Notes: generated from the letters alone by a model not told the origin. 64,000 nt of DNA from Polymyxa betae A26-41 (GCA_003693705.1 RBZT01000499.1:339526-403525), one strand, 5' to 3'; positions 48,026 through 62,456 are shown, counted from the stretch's first letter. Numbers and translations are program-made.

Positions 48026-49524
48026 TCATGATCTCGATTTCGCACAGAGCTCCATGAAATGGGCCAGCATATCGGTGTCGACCTCGATCCAGTGTGGAAT
48101 CTTCTTGGGGTATTTCGTTTCGAGATCGACAACAGCGATCTTATATCGCCATTGACGTCCTGCGAATTCAATACAACGAATAGGTGGCGCCCTGCATACA
48201 CAGATCATCAAATCGGCTGTCCTGCTCTCCTTATACAACCTTCTTACCCATCTGACGAAGACGGCGGTGGCACCTCTTCATTCCCGGATGTGAACGTCAA
48301 CATCAACGATACGTCCCGGGCTGTCATCTCTAATAGAATTAGACGCAACACCATCATCACATCATCGACATCGTTGGGTCGTACTGGAGCCGGAGGAGCG
48401 TCCCCATCAGCAGTCTTGGCGAACGTCTCAGCATCTCTTAAACATTCGGGGAAATCCTGCAGTTTGGAGGGCGGTGTGAAGGGCGCTTTCCTCGTCAATC
48501 GTTGTGTGATCTCATCGCTTAACGGATCTGCGACGAACTCGTTCCATTCATCTGATGTTAATCCCTGTAGTATTTCATGAACTCGTGGTAAGGTCAGATT
48601 CGTTAAACGTTGTGATCGCTGAATCCTGGCCAGCAGCGGTACATGTTCGCTAAGGACGGCGTCTACCAGCCCGATCAAATCGGCGTTCGCCAGCGGGCGT
48701 TGCGATTCGTCCGAGAGGCAGACGCCATCGGGGTCGAACACCACGAAATTGTTCTGTGGCGTCTCGAGCATGTTTGTGAGAGCTCGTTGACGCCTTCCGG
48801 AATCGTTATGGAATAGATCCAGAGGGCAATAATGAGAGATCTGCTGTACACGGCCTTGATGGTGTTTAAGACATTGATAGATACAATTACGACAGATTCG
48901 TGTCTGTACAGGATGAACTTTATAATCATCACTTGTTAATAGAAATCCCCCTGAATCATTGATTTTAGAAATTTGTTCTGAATAGAAACAAATCTGTACA
49001 TTTAGGTTTGAGTTCAATGGTGAATAAAGAACTCGGTCCAATATGTGTCATATCATCCATAATCCAGGCAGGCCAACAACCTGTCTCTGGAATATTATCC
49101 ACATCGAAGAGATTGATTTTCTGCTGGGCACGACGTCGCCGAGCTTCTGATAGCATCGCTCGTAATACATCACATGGGATCATTAATAATCTCTATCTTC
49201 ACATTAAAGAAATCTTTCACATTGAGAAAAAAGAAATAAATTATGTCAAAACAATGTGAAATGCTGTTTCTCACTTCGTGTAGGATGTATTCATGGCCAA
49301 AAAGAGCAGAGAAGATGGATGTGATTCTTTGACGAGCCTGGTCGTCACGTTCTGGGTCATGATATGGCTGTTTAGGGATTCGGACGACACGTCCATTCTA
49401 GCATTGGTCGATTAGCGATTGGGGTAGACGACGACGTCGGGCTGCCGACCAGATCTCCTTCATGGCAGGCGAATACGATACTGGCTACACCTTCATTGAT
49501 GAAGTGATATTGATCTGGTCTCAT
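48026..49524 (-). CDS. IPK1: Inositol-pentakisphosphate 2-kinase, multi-exon
   Basis: FINEGVASIVF, TIELKPK, CRNC, YCPLDLF, PQNNF, TARDVS, VVDLETK in the expected order. Confidence 0.88.
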
Positions 49525-49695
49525 CAATACACATATAGAGCAGGTACTGGAACCTCTCTCTCTCTCTCCACCTACCTGCGTACAGTTAGTCGCTATATAC
49601 AGTATAATCACCACTTTTAATAGCAATATGCACAATTGCAGAGATGTATGGAAATCTGTAGGAGTTGATCGGAACCCGTATGAAAGGCAGTGCGA

Positions 49696-52600
49696 TTATT
49701 TATATATTAATTTGGATTGCGATTTTAGCCATGACATTGCGATTTGATCTGTTCGTCTTGTGAGAACTAAAGCCGCATTGATTCTTGTTACTGGAAGCAG
49801 AATCAGCAACAGAACCAGAAATGACAAAAATCAACATACGTCGGCTGTTGCAGATTTCTTCAATGATCTCATTAGAAGAGAGTGCCATCAGCTCCAGATG
49901 CGACGTGATCGGATCCATTAACTTTTTAGCATCATCCGGCAGTTCAGATTCGAACAGAGTCTGAATCGAGTTGAAATCATCGGTTAATAGCGCTGCGAGA
50001 TCGATATTAAGGTCAAAAGATGGCGAGATCATCTTGGTAACATTACAGTAATCAATATCCTGATAGTTCCGATCACCAGCTCCTGCCGAAACTATCCATA
50101 AGAACGCAGTTAGAACTGATGAGAACACGGCCGTGACAATTTTCTGGAACATGGCGGCGGTTGTAAATAGATCCTACAAATGTGCATCAGTATTGGCCCA
50201 TCTGAATACTAGAGGATTACATCATGTAATGAAGAGAAGATATTTGCCATGGAGTCGTCCAGAATCCTGAGAAGCACGTTTGCGAAGGAGTTTTCGTTAG
50301 ACGGCGACGGATTGTAAATCGTTGCGAACAATTGCTGGAGATCGTGAAATACGAGCCGATCTGCTATGAGCTGGGCCAGCTCCGAGCATGATGTATCCAG
50401 ATGTTGATAGACAGCCACGTTTGGAGTCACATTGCTACAATAAAGATGTCATGAATGGGCGATATTCTTAACAAGGCGGAGCTCACCCAGAAAACGGCTT
50501 CATCCGCCTAACAATGTGATCCAGCTGAATGATTGCCTTCAAGCCATCATGTAAATTTAGGTTTTGGAGATTTCGAATAAATTGTCACCTGTCGGCAATT
50601 GTTTAACATGACGATCAGCTCAGGAATGGAGCGTGTTGATGTGGCGACCGGCAATGGTACGACGTTCTGAACCGGTTCCGGCTGATGATTGTTGTCGGTG
50701 GTTCGGTTCGCCAATTTCTTCACGGTTTTCTTCAGATTCAAGATCTTGGCCTTGGTGTTGAATTTCGCTGCTGCCTGACTAATCAACACGTCGCTGAAAT
50801 TAACACGATCAAATGTGGAAAGACGCTCGGAGACACGCACGAACCAATCGGCTTGATTTCGTCGAAGTTCTGCCTTCGCTTTCGTTTCGGAAACGATGGG
50901 TCTCGATGAGGAAGGAATGGCGTTCGAATAGAACCGAATCGAAGACGTTATGACGGACATCAGACTCGAAACGACATTCTCCCCGATTGCGATCTGCATT
51001 CGATCCATACCCGAATGGAAGCGCTCGAAAACGTCCACCTATGGATTGTGAGAAGGCGTCATACCAGCCCATCACATGTGATGTTACAATGGCATTCAGC
51101 GCCGAGAACAGATCGATGACCGAAGAGCTAAATGGGGTCTCAGCACTAATTGGAGTCCTGCCATCTCATCAGCAAACGATTCCAGAATAAGTACGAATGT
51201 GATACCGAGGATCAACCAGGAGCATCTTCTCGATTTTCTCTGCCATTCTCACTTCGAAATCTTCCAGCCAGAGCCCGATTTGTTCATGGGCTACACGTTC
51301 AGCATGGTCACGGTTCTGCAATCGATTCAGAAGCCGTCAGAACGATGAAAGACGTACTGACCCAGAGCTGATCAATGTGGACCAGTTCGAGTGTTTGGAT
51401 CCAGACGCCCGGACGAGCGGCGATCTGCTTGTGCACATCTTCCCAGATCTGAGATCTGATCTGATCCCGAAGCAGTTCGAAATCCGCCTGAAGTGCCGCA
51501 TCATTCTGAACTGATTCAGGCAGCTCCATCTCAGATGAGATAATCTGTACGAATTCTGCCTGGGCTCAGAGATGGTGCTACGGATTCGGCAGAAACCGAC
51601 CTTTGCATAGCACAGGGGTCTGTGCTCGAGCTTCATGATAGAAATCTTCAGACGAATCTCGAATCATTTGACGCAACGAGCTGGACTCGCCTGAGCACAA
51701 TTAAATGGCAGGTGCAAACATGGAACGAACTGCAGACCGCCAAATAGAAGGAACAGACTCCGAGTCAGCAACATCGTTGATGGCGACAGAAAGAAATATC
51801 GCCTCAGTATGGCATTGAGCCATTCCTACAACGTAGTCAGCTTGGGGAGGCCTCCATTATCTGGCGATGCAGACTTTGAAATCATCGATAACGGCCATCA
51901 ATATCGGGGTCGGTTCAGAGATCGCCATACACGCCTTAGCGCATTTATCGAGGGCGGCGACGGTCGTTTCACTCGTCACATCGGCGATATCCACTAACAA
52001 GAGAACAGAATCACATTCCAGCCCATGTCATAGCCATATCAGGTTACATTTTCGATCTGGTCGTGGGTCAGACAGCAGGGCCAGTATGTCATAGCGCAGA
52101 CAGTGCAGCCAGACGGCTGCGTGATCCGAGTCGGAGATGTTACGATCGTGTCGGAACGTCTCCAAATGTTGGATGATCGTTTGCCAATCTTCAGAGATGG
52201 TTGGCGTAGCTGTATCTGAATTGATGGGCTCTGAGAGGTACTCGACACCGCCATCTTCCACAACAGCTGCAAATAGCGCCCGGTATAACATCAACGAATG
52301 TGATGACGAGAAAGGAGCTCGGATATCGAGCGCTTTCAGAGACGTCAGATCCAATTCATTCAACTGAAGGATGACCGTCGGTTGGCGGATTATGATCCCG
52401 TATGAACCATACCCTCTCCGAGCTGCCGCCAGCCTCTAAAATACTCTGCAAAGTCTGCAATGATGATTCATCGGTGAGCTGGCCGGCCACCTGACAAAAA
52501 TGTTAGAGCGAGAACCGAGATCCTCAGTTGAGCGTACAATGAGGCAGATGAGGCGCCGCTGATCGAGTGAGAGCGACGAATCTTGGAGAACGTGCCTGGC

Positions 52601-54175
52601 ATCGCCCTCTATCTGAAAAGATTTCAATTAGGCGATTGAATGGCTGGTTATAGGGTGACAGACTCGATTTATGGCGGTCAATGAGGTATCCAGAACCGAT
52701 TCACGCACACCCAATAGGACGCGAAGATCTCTGTATCACTTCTGAGCTGGGCTATACAGCGATCGTTGTGATAAAAACCTTCTGCAATATCTCTGCTGTT
52801 CAGCATCTGCAATCCGATAACAGAAACACAGCGCGAGCAATTTCGCTTCGGCAATCGTTGGTGATAATAACGGCCATTGTTTCGACTCTGTTCCAGGCAC
52901 CCAATCAAATATCAATTTCGCCGATCCGGTCGGTATGTGCCAAGGCTTTTCAGGCGCCGAAGGCTCTACGACCCCAACCTCAATCGTGTCGTTATGTTCA
53001 GGAAGGACGTCCACCGGCCGTGTCGATGGAATGGCGTGTTTCTGCACCCAGTAATCGATATCGTCATGTGCTGATACCGATTTCAACTTGAGGAGCAGAT
53101 CGTAGTTGAATGCGACTTTCTGTCGAAGTAACGACCCAGATAGCGACAGACCTCGTTCGATGCAATCGACGATCGTCGCCAATCGTGATTGCTCCATGAC
53201 TTCCCAATCACGTAAGATCGCTGCTCGCGTCGCTGTCAGCCCCTGCACATTCGTTTCGCGCCCCAACTTTGCGGAACGTTTAAAGGTGAAGTCGGCAATA
53301 GGATTGTACGACCCACCAGAGCCTTGTCTAATTCGGCTTTTAACATTGGGAGGGTTGGCGCTGGGCCAACCGCTGCTCGGGCGGCTGAGATAAGATTCGA
53401 ACTGGAGCTGGGCGTCGCCGATTGCTTTTCGAGTCGCGCGATCCTATCGCGACACTGCTCATGGAGTTAGCTGAACGAATTTGCCTCGATAAGTGCTGTC
53501 ACTTTCTGGATAGTAGAGTCTGAGGCAGCCAACAATTTCAGAGCTTTGTTGTATGAATCGACAGCTGCTTTCTGATGCTGCTTTAGTTGCAGGCGAAGCT
53601 GGTTGAGGTTCTGGGCGACTTCGTCGTTTACGCAGTTGGAAAACATCAATGAAAGGCGTCCCTGTTTTTCCAAATTTGCATTCATCTGTGATATGAATTC
53701 CACAAGCGTCCTGTATAGAAGAATCTCTTCAAAATTGCTTTTGGACGGAAAAGACATTCAAGACCTGGACTCGGGTTCATTACAGGAAAACGATGTCAAC
53801 GCTTTCTTCATATCCATGGTTTGTTTCTGCTCTTGGGTAGCATAGGCTCGGAAGAATATCGCCAGCGATTTCGAAGTTCGTTTCGCCTCCCTCATTCGCT
53901 CGAAAACCACAGCGAAATCCGAATGCTGCGAAACTTAAAGTATGAAGCGGATCTATCAAGCGTAAATATTACCAGCAATGAAGTCGACATATTTAACGCC
54001 TTCGGAACCGACGCCGGCTCGCTATGATCCGCATCTATACAGAATTTAGCCAGATACAAGACCCAAAACCAAATCGACCTGGAACAGCGCTGATCTGGAC
54101 TCCACATTGATCACAGAAGCGAGCATCTGGTCGTGGTTTGTTGCCGCATTCCCGACAAGACACCGATAACAGCAT
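49696..54175 (-). CDS. Large Munc13-homology (MUN/CATCHR, PATROL1-like) protein with N-terminal zinc ribbon, many exons (could be two genes)
   Basis: CRECG...FCDQCG; LIVMLNNC (MHD1-like); AFLWIVSAGAGDRNY...DDFNSIQTLF...LELMALSSNEII...LVLTRRTDQIAMSWLK (MHD2-like). Confidence 0.7.
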
Positions 54176-54620
54176 GAAATGGGTCTGGTAAACCTTAAGA
54201 GGAGACCCCTGATAGGCCACCCTCAAACCTCTCCTTTGTAAATGTAATGTTACTTCATAGGTACTGTAGTCTATTTATTGGATATTTTTGCACACAGCAT
54301 AAAGCCCTAAACCAATCGAGCATCTGTTTCGACAGGGTCTGCCATACTGTATCGATGCTGATTCGATAGGGTTGGTAGCCCTGCGCCATTGGCAATACCG
54401 GCTCTGTAAATACTCTGGGTAGAATTCTCAACAGTCGCGTCCGTTTACAGTGCTCTGCCGGGCTGGCCCTGAACATGTATTGTGCAATTGTTTCAAATTT
54501 TGAACCAAAGTGCTCATATTGGATTACAGCTAACGGAAATCGTTCGTCTAGTCTAACAAGCGATAAAGAAGCTCAATGTTGCAGAATAAATATTACAGTG
54601 TATATTATAATTTATATAAT

Positions 54621-56900
54621 TTAACCGGCGGCCGCTTTGGGCAGGCTATCGAGAAAATCGAGTCGATTCTTAAGCTTCTCAGCCAGTTCATTGCACAATG
54701 ACAAATCCAGCTTCAAGATCGATTCCTGCACAGCAGCCAAATCAATGGTTCCTTCAGGCAATTCTTTGTTCGATGTGGGTTCGCCTAATTCATGACCAGG
54801 GCGGAACATATATCTGGAAACGATTCTCTTTTCGATTTGCGCCCTATACAGGACCAGAAACGTCACGATTGGGACCTGAGACGCCTACAAGCGCTTCTTT
54901 CAATTCAGCTGGTTTCAGAAAATACATAACTCACTTTGCCAAGAGTTTTTCCGCTGCTGTCGCTCCCTGCGGTTGGCCTTGGGGCAAGGTCTTGATCTGG
55001 CAGTCTGTTTGCCTTAGCGAAAAGGATTTGTCGTGTGACAGGATATTTCCAGACAATCTCCAGAAGATTCTCAACATTCAAAGCGCGCAATTTCACCCTA
55101 GTTGCAAGATTTTAGGCCTAATAGAGAGAATTGGACAGCTATTACCATGTTAAAGAGCGGTACGTTAACTGGTGAACTTTGGTCTCTGAGATTAGGCCGT
55201 CCATGCCAAAATAATCGCCTTTGCCAATCTCTTGCGATAGTTTCCCACCGTCGAATACGGACTGACACACAAATATCAATAAAAATGACGAGAATGAAAG
55301 ATTAACTCACTTCAACGCGTCCTTCTTCAATGATATAAATTTCACTACAGTATTCGCCCTGGAAGACTACGGTTTCGCCAGCAGGTAAGTATTTCTCTTC
55401 CATGGCCATTAATAAATCCAGACTGAAATTAGGATCTGCTCCGACAAAGAATGTCGTCCAAGTACAAAGCTGCCGTGATACGTGAATAGCAAGCCGATGT
55501 TTGAGGCTTTGAGGCAATTCATCGATAATTTCTTTCTCGTGGCGTAACTCGTGGATTGAGCCGTGAAATGCAAGAATGTGGAACCGTCTTATTCTTTCAG
55601 CCAGCGCTGATGGAATCCGCCTGAACTTGATATAGGCATTGACGGAATCCAGCTTATCGTTGAACTGCTCATCCTTCTTCGGCACACGACCGATATAACC
55701 AACCAGACTAGTAATAATGAAAGCGAAGCCACCGGCACCAACTATAACAGCGAATATGTTGAACACGCGTTCAACAGTCGAGACAGAGACGACGTCTCCA
55801 TAACCTGTGCAAAATATTAGAAAAGATTTTTTTTTACAAAACATGACCGACCGACGGTGGTGACAGTTGCCATTGACCAATACAAGCTGACAGCATATAA
55901 TGTGTAAACATCATTCGAATCGATGCCTTGGTCGCTAATCCAGCTAAGCTGACCCAGATGATTTTCGACGACGGCGATAAAAGTGAAAGCACAAGCGTTC
56001 AAATGTGCAATAAAGACAGCGATCGCGACGAGTTTCAACACGCGCTCGGTCTGAACTGATGTTAGCCGCACGATCACAAACTGGCATCAATGTACTCACC
56101 ACATGGCGTAGCCGAAGCGAGATTGTGAATCCTCGAATTATTTTACCGATTTTGTAAAACCTGAAAATGTGAATAGTCTCAAAGACTCGGCCCAATGGAA
56201 CGATATTGCCGATGACAATATTATCTAAAGATTCAGTTACGAATCCACATCACTGAACAGTATCAGATAACATACCAAACTCCACGTCCCAAGGAACGAC
56301 TGCGAGTAAATCAGGAAGAAACCAGGTTTTCAAATATCGATGGAGAATATCAATCCGATTAGTGATGAGGATATCGTATTCCCTCACTGCAGTATTGGTC
56401 TGAATCACCATATCGAGGAGCCAGAATATGTTCACAGCTCGGTTGCAGATGAACCATTCGTACGAGTTTCTTGTCACCAGGGCGAGCCTGACCAAAGGCT
56501 CAATTATAGCGTCGAAAACCAGCTGCGAAACAGTACAACCTGTAAGAATAGACCAGCATGCACATCAGCAGCATTAGGAACACACAAACATCCCAAAATA
56601 TTCTTAGCCTTGCCAATGGATGGATAACATATCCAGGGATGTAAGGTGCTTCCGAGCTGTAAAATTGAAATTGGGGGATATGGATTTTCGGCTCCCCATA
56701 TCTCGCTTCGATATGAACTGCATCCTCTCGAGGAGCCCGATACTTATCGGCGTCATTCTACAAGGCAAATCAGCAAACGCTTTCTGCCGGTAAAAAACCC
56801 CATGGAACCTGAGCGGTCGAAGCCGGCTGGCGGTTCGGGAAATGAAGCTGGGAGAGAGTCCTAGCCAGAGCGGGCCCAGCGGCCTGCGACAGTTCTTCAT
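54621..56900 (-). CDS. Cyclic-nucleotide-binding-domain K+ channel (KCNH/EAG-like), multi-exon, start uncertain
   Basis: RYLKTWFLPDLLAVVPWD, AHLNAC, SLYWSMATVTT|GYGD filter, C-linker, YLPAGETVVFQGE...IYIIEEGRVEV. Confidence 0.9.
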
Positions 56901-57230
56901 CGGTGACCATCTACTTCAGATCGCCATCCTACTACGAGATACTCTCAATATGAAGCAGCAATTCAGGGTTTCACAGATGGAATGTAACGTAATTCATCAA
57001 GTTCCGTGATATTAATCCCGATGTATGATCGACACATCGATTAATCTGTTAATGTCAGCGGATCCGATTGGGATCTGGATTCGACCAGTTCGTTGATATC
57101 AAACGCGGTCTGTGTCCGTCGAGCAAGGCCTGAGAGTCGCCGCTTGGATGGGATTGGATTCGACCATCAACGGGCGGTGCTGTGTCCATTAGTGCAAGGC
57201 CCACGCAGGTTTGTCACCTTATTTGTCTGC

Positions 57231-59128
57231 AGGAGATCCTACTACCGTTTCCAGAGCTGGTTGTATTTCACCCATACAGCATCACCTAGGCCGGAACCGA
57301 TTCGGGCTGGTGAAGCTGAAACATCGTCACATTCATGTCTGAGGGCTGATTTGCTGTAACGGATTTGATTGTTATTCAGACCAGCGACGACCAACTATGG
57401 ATGATGACTTTAGCAGCGACTTATATTCAGTCAGGGGAGCCGCTGACAAACTCGTGGCAGAAGCTGGACTACGATTTCTTCAACCAAAATACGTCTGATT
57501 CCCATATTGAGTCGATCTCGTTATCACCACACATTGGCGATACGCCAGGCTCGTTGATCATTGCCTTATCGAGCGGTCAAGTTTACAATTTCGATCCGCT
57601 ATCTGGGTCGCCGACAACCGTGTCTCAAACAACATCAACGACAGGAATGGCTGCGAAATTCGTCTACAATAGCGTTTACAACTATTTTATTTCAATGGCG
57701 CTGCAGATTGTTATCTCGAGCAGCGACGATCTCCGATCCTGGAAGGTTTCTTTAAGAGAGGCCTGCTGACGGCGACAGCCTCGATGCCACTCAGAGTCGT
57801 ATCATTGACGACGATGCAGACGATTTTCCTCGGAAGCGGCATGCCGCTCCGCCGAGGCGAAACGGTCCAGCTTTGTCTGGCGATATGAACTGCTACGTTG
57901 GCGTCTCAAACGAACTGGCTTACCAAATTCGGTAGAGCGTCCTGGAATCAAATTCTGCAAAATCAAGGCGTATGTCTTTGATTTGCATTTTGCAATTTTC
58001 TTTTCTCATTACAGTAACATTTTTGTTTTCACCGTTCGTTGAGCATTGATTCCTGCTGCAATAAGTTTCGCAACAGTATTTTTTCTTCTGCGATTCGAAG
58101 CGAATGTTTTGCTTCGCATTTCTGGTTTTGCTGTCATTTGCTGTATTGAAAGCATTTTCTGCGTGCTCATTTTCGTAGCTTGAGCTTTTGGCCAAACAAT
58201 TGCAATAAAGAGCATCAACATCATTCATTAGGGTACGAGAATCATCGCAGGATGTAATGTTTGGCATTTTTCGGGAAATAGACGGCGGTTGTGCTCTGGA
58301 GGAACCCGGTGGCTGTGTTTCGCCAAATCTGGAGCTCAGCTTGCCAAGCAATCGAATCTTCGTCGAGATGGGATTCGACGTCGTGATTGGTTATTTGATG
58401 TCGTACTTTGTCAGTAACAATTTGCTTGAGCTTGAGAGTTTCGAAGTTGGCTTCTAGCGCATGGTCTGTATTTGGATCCCTTGTCCTTGTTTTAGCTTGC
58501 CACTTTGTTTATTAAAATACATACGTTGGCCAGCAGCGGCTGAGCCGATTTCCCGGCACATTTTATAAGCGATCCTGTTATATGTCAGTTTCCTGGTACT
58601 CTGTTCAGTATTAGCAGAACCCTGCTCTCCAGTGATAATCAATATGAGGTTCTAATCGGGTTAAAATCAGAGCTGACTGTATCTATCGATCATAATGACG
58701 TTGCTCTGACTGTATAAAGCGCAACCATTTGAGGGTTCCGCCGTTGCTCGGACTGCTGTCTTCGGAACCCGTAAACGAGAGTGGCGGTGCCTTCTCATGT
58801 CTCTGAATTCTGCAATTTCTCCTCTTGATAGTCCTCGTCACGACTTGATTCATGTCCCGACTATATCTGCATAGATACTGAACGCCCAAATGGCGTTCAG
58901 AACTTCCGAACCCACGTACCCGCCGATCTCATGTACCTACGATTGATGGGAAGACGAGTCGACGCCGATTTGTACAAAGGACAAGATTCTTTACCAATCA
59001 TAGAAGCTTGGGACCGGTTCGGTTGCAATAATTATGATATTGGCCCTGAGTCAGGACAATTCTGTCATGAACCCGTCACAGTTTCTCAATCTTTCGCAGC
59101 TGCATATCCCTACTCAGTGACTAGATGA
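57231..59128 (+). CDS. Possible beta-propeller-like gene, apparently interrupted or degenerate in its middle
   Basis: Exon-like ORFs 57380-57745 and about 58875-59128 with splice signals; the intervening region has stops in all plus frames. Confidence 0.3.
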
Positions 59129-59363
59129 ATAAAGTTCTGTGTTGCAGTCGTCGAACTGAGAGTAGCTCAGTGTAGCTCAGTTCGATCAACACAGGTTTTG
59201 GACCTAAACGTCGCTTGCCTCTGCTCGTAGCTCTGTCTCTTTCCTATTGATCCTTCGTTCCAGCTGATTTGTCATCATCGTCCCTTACATTCTTCAGACC
59301 CTATTCTTTATTACAGTCTAGGTTCTTAACAAATTCGTTTCGGGAAGCTTCTCCGAAGTCTGA

Positions 59364-60140
59364 TAGGGTTCCAATCGGTACCGTTCGGGTCGGATACCGG
59401 TAGTACTAGCTTCCGAAGCACACAAAGACTGAAGTCTCAGAAAACACAAGTTTGAATATAACATTTCATTTGTCATTTCAAATCAGCTAAGAGCGCATTT
59501 TCCAAACATGGGCACAAGTCTGAGTCGATGACGGCGAAGACCAATAAAATCATACCCGTAGTTCAAAATCAGCTCCACTGAGACCGATGAACCTGGGATA
59601 GAGAGAATATATAATTCGAAATATCACTGAGATTCGGAAATTGTTGGCGTGAGCCTTAGACCCTAAAAACCCGATCATAAACAGTCCTTTTGCATTTATC
59701 GGCAGTTGAGCAATTTCCATTTGAACCAATTTCAGCATTTTTGGGGTCAATCTCGGTTCCAGATGCTGAATCAGGTGATCGAACGTACGTTTGACACAAT
59801 GCTACTGCCGGAGCTTTCGATCAACTCCATGGGCTCGTCATCGCTCACGACAGGATCGAAAACGCTAATCCCTAGATTGGCGCGAAGGAAAGGTGCGTTT
59901 ACTTGGCACAGTCGTCTGCCCTTCGCTCCGAGAAGAGGTATTCCTGCCCATGATGTCGTAATGAAACAAGATTACAAGAAGGGTTTCAATGTCCGCCACG
60001 CTGATTTTCCAGCACTCACTATTCCTAGGCCGGTAGTGTCGGTAGTCGGATCGGCCACCAACCACCCATCTACCAGTATCCGACCGGGAGACTACCGGAG
60101 CGCCGGTAGTCGGGTAGTACCGGTATCGATCGGAACCCTA
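59364..60140 (-). mobile_element. Internally deleted hAT transposon remnant
   Basis: Imperfect 20-bp TIRs TAGGGTTCC(A/G)ATCG(G/A)TACCG, subterminal CGGTAG/TACCG repeats; frameshifted hAT dimerisation domain on minus strand about 59520-59650 (QQFPNLSDISNYIFS/IPGSSVSVELILNYGYDFIGLRRHRL); no exact TSD. Confidence 0.82.
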
Positions 60141-60835
60141 TCCGAAAACGAACGCTGTCGCCGATTTGGGGGCGTTTTCATAGCCGGTTTTGGTTACAGA
60201 GCCGCCCATCCACCTTACGTTATCGAGGATCCACCTGGAAGTTCCAATATCCTTCTATGGAAATCGGCTGACGACATGTGGTGAGAAGAATCCTGCGACG
60301 TCATTGCAGCGTCACAAACGACCCCATCCCGGAAGGGCTCGCCATCGTCCGCGATCGTTGGCCTGAGCACGGGCTCATTGTCACAACTTCCGATCATTAG
60401 CTGGAATCGGTGCATCAAACTGATTGGGGCGGTGAACATGTAATTGTACCGGAATTGCAAAACTTGAACTGGCAGTATGAGTGCACAGTTTTATTCATGA
60501 AACCGCACGAGCACGTTGCGATGGTCACAGGAAAAAAGAAAGTGACCTATGTCGAAGCCCATCACGTCCAGCTCGCTAAAGGATAATCGTTGAAAGATTC
60601 AGAAACAGTATTGCTTTCACTTGCTGATGTCCGCATGCAAGACCCCGGATGCAACCGGATCTTGGATGCCATGCGCGATCTTTAATATCTGGCTACGATA
60701 GACGGTGAGCTTGAAGACGTTATGCATTGCGCGCGCTCAGGTTCTTGAACGACAGCCTTCATTGAAGTTCAACGAAACCGCATTTGGAACTCCAAGAAAT
60801 GATTAACCTTCTTATAAGGGAACTGATCGACGTAT

Positions 60836-61675
60836 TCGGTGTCGTGTCGCCAGATATAGAGGATTTTGCTGAAATGCAAGACATCGGCAAGGTGCTTGAC
60901 CGACTGTTCACTGTTTCCGCATGTGTCATCAGATCGAATTCGGGCAGCGGCTCTCGACCTTTACCCCATTTCTAGTCCTTCATCAATAAGGACTCAGCAA
61001 GGTGTTAAGAATTGTCTGCAAACGCGATTCGGCTCCACTTGCTGCGGGATTTTGGGCGCATGCAAACACACATGCGCTCGATTGAATTTTAACTAGTATT
61101 CTCTCTAATGGCTCCACATTTCAGCTCGAGCGAAGACAAGCGCCTCTGTGTGGCCTGGACTTCCATTACCCAGGATCCCATCAAGCGCAATAGCCAAAAA
61201 CCGTAAGACTTGTGGAACAATATTGCCAACGAGTTTAATGATAGATGCTATTCAGCACGAGCAAGAGCGTTTGTCGCAAGCATGAGCAGCTGTCGGTGTC
61301 GTGTCGCCAGATATAGAGGATTTTGCTGAAATGCAAGACATCGGCAAGAGGCTTGACCTGAATGTTTCCGCATGTGTCATCAGATCGAATTCGGGCAGCG
61401 GCTCGCGACTTCTACCCCATTTCCCAGCTTCGTCCCCACTTGATGCGGGATTTTGGGCGCATGCAAACACGCATTCGTTTGATTGAGTTTTCAAATTTTC
61501 TCTAGTATTCTCTGTTTCATTGGTTCCATACTTCAGCTCGAGCCAAGACAAGCGCCTCTGTATGGCCTGGACTTCATTACCCAGGATGTCTTTATATATA
61601 TATATAACCAAAAGCGGGAAGACTTGTGGAACAATATTGCCAACGAGTTTAATGATGCTATTCAGCCCGAGCAAG
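60836..61675 (+). repeat. Diverged tandem duplication of about 400 bp of decayed coding-like sequence
   Basis: Units about 60836-61266 and 61293-61675 both begin TCGGTGTCGTGTCGCCAGATATAGAGG and end GCTATTCAGC.CGAGCAAG. Confidence 0.88.
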
Positions 61676-62365
61676 GGGGTTACCGCAATCATGTGCAGTT
61701 GTACAATCGTATCCGGGTGTTTTTATTCAATAACGTCCAATCACGCATGACAGATACATAGACCGCTGGAAAAACCTATCGTATCACCTATTCACGAGCG
61801 CAGAATCCATAGCACTAGCGCTTGAAGACGGATTGACAATACTCTGTTATCAATCCAGAAACGAACAAGAATCTGTTAAAATTTAGGCTGATTTATTCAT
61901 AATTTACCATTGAAAGTTACCTTAACAGGTACCGGATCGATCCGCCCTCTACCGGTATTCCCCAGATATGAATGTGTCTATTCTCAGGATACAGTTCCAG
62001 TAGCGAGGCACGTAATGCGAGATTGTAATGCGATGCTTTCTGCTGCATAGCTTGAGGTCACTTATTCTATCTGTATTACGGTGTGGATCTCAAGTTCAAG
62101 TATAGCACTGTGTGGATCTGGGTCCGAAATTTGTAATTTTGAAGCAGCTCCACTCGTTATATTTTCCTCTGCTATTGAACTGTCTCCGTTGAAACTGCCA
62201 TCTGTCCAAGGTGAAATATCGGGATTTGTGGGAATCAACTGGGCGTTCTCGTGCGCTTCTTCTCTGGAACTCATGCCATTGAATCTGAATTCGATGGAAA
62301 AAGGTTGAGGATTGGTAATCTATGTGAGTAAGTTTGTGATTAGTTTGACGAGTTTGACGAGTTGT

Positions 62366-62449
62366 GATTTTTTCAATCCCAGTTCGCGAAAATATCACCA
62401 ATCATCCACCGCCACTGATATTTTCCAATCCCAGTTCCCGAAAATATCA
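62366..62449. repeat. Two copies of a 30-bp motif (TTTT.CAATCCCAGTTC.CGAAAATATCA)
   Basis: Seen at about 62366-62397 and 62417-62449. Confidence 0.75.
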
Positions 62450-62456
62450 GCTTTTT

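Noticed and set aside
59706-60284. 192-aa plus-strand ORF
   Set aside because: TTG start, crosses the hAT right TIR, antisense to the transposase relic
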